Shown: piece by piece, positions 60,616 to 64,000 of the stretch | Position numbering within the stretch: position 1 is the stretch's first letter | How the letters are laid out: each line of letters begins with the position of its first letter | Origin: Sedimentisphaerales bacterium | GTDB taxonomy: Bacteria; Planctomycetota; Phycisphaerae; Sedimentisphaerales; Anaerobacaceae | Length of the DNA: 64,000 nucleotides | Reading direction: 5' to 3' | NCBI GenBank assembly: GCA_963708075.1 | Contig: OY970194.1 | Coordinates: 4,928,001-4,992,000, forward strand | Notes under the pieces: generated by a model | What the model saw: only the letters and a program-made list of their open reading frames with translations | The model's database searches: none | Told to the model about the DNA's origin: nothing | Translations under genes and position numbers: made by a program

Positions 60616-61554
60616 TCAGCGGGCGGCGTTTCGGGGGATGTAGTACAGGCCCGGGCTGGGACCGCCGTCCTCAAACGGCGGGACCCCTTCGGGGGACTTC
60701 GATACGCGCATGGGGATTGCCTCGGATGGCAAGTACGTCTCTACGTGGCCGTCGGTGTAGCCGGCCCGCAGCTTCACGTCGGCCACCCTGTTCGGGTCGC
60801 CGTCGGCCTTCCACCACGCGGAGGTCAACTGGGTCTCCGGGTCGATTTCCCCCCCGCCGAGCCTCTCGCAACTGGCGAAGGCATCGGGCGTCCGCCAGTG
60901 CCCGTAGCCGAAGTAATCGGTGACCAGCAGGCGGCTCTGGCTGCCGGCGGAGGCGGGAGTCCGCGGGCCGCGGAACAGACGGGGGCCCTCCCCGAGATAG
61001 CCGATGTAGCCCCAGTAGAAGCAGTAGGTGCCGCTGAGCGGGTCAGTCGGCGTGGGCGTGTCCGGGTTGTCCCAGTCATCGCCGGCGTCCCAGGCCTCCT
61101 GCAGGTACTGGTACTTCTGCGGGGCGTTCGGACAGAACATCGTCTCCGCGTCGGTAATGTAGTTTCGCAGGTAGGCGCTCATCGAGCGGTGGATCTGGGG
61201 GCTGCGTTTGTCGATACCGATCAGGCGGGTGCTGTCGGACCAGTTCCACGCATCGCCAACCCCGACGGTGGCCACGGACGGGGGGTAGAGATCGTCATTA
61301 TCCGAGGCGTACAGATTGACGCTGTTGGTGACTTCCCGTTGGTTGCGCATGCTGATCAAGGTGTAGGCCTGGCGGCGGGCGCCGTTGATGGCCGGCACCG
61401 CGATGGCAAGCAACACGGAAATAATCGAGATGACCACAAGCAGTTCAACGAGCGTGAACGCTTTCACCCCGCCGGTTGCGACCGAGATGTGATGGCACCT
61501 CGTGTCGATCTCCAAATCCTCCGAATCCAGAGTCACAAGTCCTGAGCCGGTCAC
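60616..61554 (-). CDS. Prepilin-type N-terminal cleavage/methylation protein (DUF1559-like)
   Basis: AFTLVELLVVISIISVLLAIAVPA...AR, FCP and Y.DGHVE. Confidence 0.85.
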   Translation of the reverse strand: MTGSGLVTLDSEDLEIDTRCHHISVATGGVKAFTLVELLVVISIISVLLAIAVPAINGARRQAYTLISMRNQREVTNSVNLYASDNDDLYPPSVATVGVGDAWNWSDSTRLIGIDKRSPQIHRSMSAYLRNYITDAETMFCPNAPQKYQYLQEAWDAGDDWDNPDTPTPTDPLSGTYCFYWGYIGYLGEGPRLFRGPRTPASAGSQSRLLVTDYFGYGHWRTPDAFASCERLGGGEIDPETQLTSAWWKADGDPNRVADVKLRAGYTDGHVETYLPSEAIPMRVSKSPEGVPPFEDGGPSPGLYYIPRNAAR

Positions 61555-61987
61555 CCTTTAGCACCGGTTTCAAGCCCCGGGACTCACTTTTCTCCATTTA
61601 CCTGCCGAGACTCTGACTTACTGCCAATTATATGCCACTGCGGCAACGCTGGCAAGCAGAATCGGCCCTCGCGGGCCATTTTTCCACGCTGCCGCAAGTC
61701 CCTGCATACACGTAAGATAGCGCACCAACCGCTACTCATACATGAGAAATTCAGTTATTTCCGTCCTATAGTACCTCGTGACAACAGCGCGTGTTCGCAA
61801 AAACGATGAAGGAGAGCGCGTGCAGGGCTGGGAGAGTCGCCATGTCAGCCCTGCACTGCTCTCCTGCCACCTCCTGCCGGTGTTTCCACCAGCCCTCCTG
61901 TTCCCACCACTCACGAGTGTGCCGCGGCGGCAGGAGAGTCCTTTTCCTGCACCGCACGATCACCTCAACCGAAGCCTTGATATATTC

Positions 61988-64000
61988 CTAATGATTGCTC
62001 TTACTTGCATAGGGCGTGCCGCCGTACGCGCCCATATTGATTCTCCCGCCGTTGGGCGTCGGCTCCCCGCGATAATCATCCCTCGAATTGCCCGCGTCGA
62101 TGCAGGGACTCGTCTTGCTGTCGGTCACCCAGGTATTCGATGCGTACACATACCGGCCCCACTGGGACTTCAGGTGGTAGTCGCTTCTGTCCTTGTCAGC
62201 AAACAACGGGTCCGTCTGGAGGTTGCCCGCGGCTTTGTCCGCGGTGTTGTATTGCATATTGCTGAAGCGGGGCTTGGCCTTTCCCTTGCCCTCCGCGTAT
62301 ACATCGACGTTGTTATACCAGATGATACAGTTCGTGATATTGGGGTCGGACCCGTCATAGGTGAGGATGCCAGTGCCGTTGCCGACAATAGTCAGGTTCT
62401 TCAGCGTGGGCGAGGCGCTGACGCAGAGGATGCCGGCGTCGGAGGCGCCGGTGATCACGAAATTCGCCAGAACGCTGCCGGGCCCTCCGGTCCTGAACAT
62501 GACCGTGTAGCCATCGACCGCGGCAAGGACCGCCGCGTCGCCGGCGCTCCGCACAGTGATCGCCTTGCCACAGAAATCGATATCCTCTTTGTAGTTGCCG
62601 GGCCAGACGAGGACCGTGTCGCCATCTTGGGCCCTGTCGATGGCAGCCTGCACCGTGCGAAATGTCTGGCTGATCCCGGACACCCCGCCGCCATCCACGT
62701 GGAGGGTGGCGTGCTCAGGTCCGTGGCTGGCCTCTTTTGTGCCGCCGTAGGCTCCCATGTTGATCCGGTTGCCGTTTGGCGGGGGTTCCTCGCTGACGGA
62801 GGCCGAGGGATCGCCTGCGTCGATGCAGGGGCTGTGGTAGTCCTGATCGTACACCCATCGTCCGGAGCCCGGATCGTAGCGGCTGTACTTCGATTTCAGA
62901 TGATAGTCCCCCGCGTCCGCGTTCGCGAACCGGGGATCGGTACTGATGTTGCCGAGAACCGGAATAGCTGCCCTGGATATCGGAATAGGTTACCGTATCC
63001 CTGAGTAGAGAGTCTGTGATGACCAGCCCTTTGCCCGCGTTACCCCAGAGGATGCTGCTCGTGACCACGACGTCGGCGCCGCTGGACTGGACTCCGCCGG
63101 CGGCTCCGGTCACCGCCCCAGGCAGAAACTCATTCTGGGCGATGGTGCAGTTGATCACGCTCACCCGGCACCGGGGTGAGCCCGCGCCGCCTTCGACGCA
63201 GATGCCGGCCCCGGCAATCGCCGCGTTCCTTGAAAAGATGCAGTTGCGGAAAGTCACGCTGGCGGTCACGTCGGTCGAGGCGCCGGTGCAGTAGGCTCCG
63301 CCGCCCCGGACGCTATACGCAGCGATGTTATTGGAAATAGTGCAGCCTGCGACGGTCGCGGCGCTTTTCTCGAAGTACAGGCCCGCGCCAAAGCTGTTTC
63401 GATACGCGGCGTTGGCGCGGATGATGCATTTGCTGATGGTGGCGTTGGAATTTGCGATCAGGCCGATGCCTGCGCCGCGTCCCCCGGAGGTCGCCGTGCC
63501 AAGCTCGCCGGCGATGCACTCCTCGATGGTGCATTCGGAGATCACGGGATCGGCCCCGACGCCGCCGATGCCGCCGCCGAGCTCGGCGCCGCAATCCTCA
63601 ATGATACAGTTGGCGATGGTGGGGCTGCTGAACGCACAGTAGATGCCGCCGCCAATGGGATCGCGGACGCTGGGCAGGGGGTTGGCCGGCACTTGTGATC
63701 CGTAGATCCGCCCGCCTCGAATCGTCAGGTTGGACACGACCGCACCGGATGCTTCCCCGCTGTGGAAGTAGAACCCTCTATGCCCCCCCTCCGCCCTTCC
63801 CGCAACTCCTTCACAGTCCAGGATTGTATCCTTGGCCTCGCCGGCCCCCCTGACCGTGATGGCTTTGCCCTTGAAATCGATGTCGCGGTTGCCCGGGCCG
63901 CGATACGTGCGTCCGGCCAGCTCGATCACGTCGTCATCGCTTGCGTTATCGATGGCCGCCTGGATCGTAGGGAAATCCCGCGGCACCTGGATGGTCACCG
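61988..64000 (-). CDS. Large secreted right-handed beta-helix protein (partial at window end; +1 frameshift near 62957)
   Basis: TIQAAID.A, IDFKGKAITVR, GGGIYC..SSPTI.NC, and twice D.HLKS..G...SPCIDAG..EP.PNG.RINMGAYGGT. Confidence 0.85.

Noticed and set aside
1..64000. Frameshifts in fusA (~590), the GSDH gene (~7452, ~6686), the 8.4-11.2 kb gene (~8999), the DUF11 paralog (~57658), DUF4139 (~59570) and the beta-helix gene (~62957) as pseudogenes or programmed frameshifts
   Set aside because: All seven are repaired by deleting one base, there are no in-frame stops or slippery heptamers, and they affect unrelated genes. This fits long-read insertion errors; read pile-ups would confirm.

Overview
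GC-rich bacterial chromosomal window, most likely from a planctomycete of the Phycisphaerae type. This is inferred from the H-X9-DG prepilin-like proteins, a VPAPG-type PEP-CTERM protein, large secreted DUF11 and beta-helix proteins, and very dense short palindromic repeats. Housekeeping and metabolic genes: fusA (partial), mtnP, queG, nadE and tRNA-Ser(CGA). Other loci: an ECF sigma/anti-sigma pair, a kamA + 2x ATP-grasp + GNAT operon, a ~15 kb Wzx/Wzy polysaccharide locus with unusual tailoring enzymes, and tandem surface-protein paralogs. The most notable observations are: (1) a lower-GC restriction-modification island with an m6A methyltransferase, a circularly permuted m5C methyltransferase, an orphan DUF3883-type PD-(D/E)XK nuclease and vsr, preceded by a diverged duplicate of the neighbouring gene's 3' end; (2) non-autonomous MITE 'shells' with GGGTG terminal inverted repeats and 8-bp target-site duplications that carry REP-like hairpins as interchangeable, sometimes inverted, cargo and are nested in a 1.4 kb cluster; (3) the same repeats inserted in frame inside at least five protein-coding genes; (4) an HNH-AP2 endonuclease bounded by imperfect direct repeats. 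Six genes carry single-base (+1) frameshifts that look like long-read assembly errors rather than pseudogenes. Product calls come from motif recognition by eye; no database search was run.
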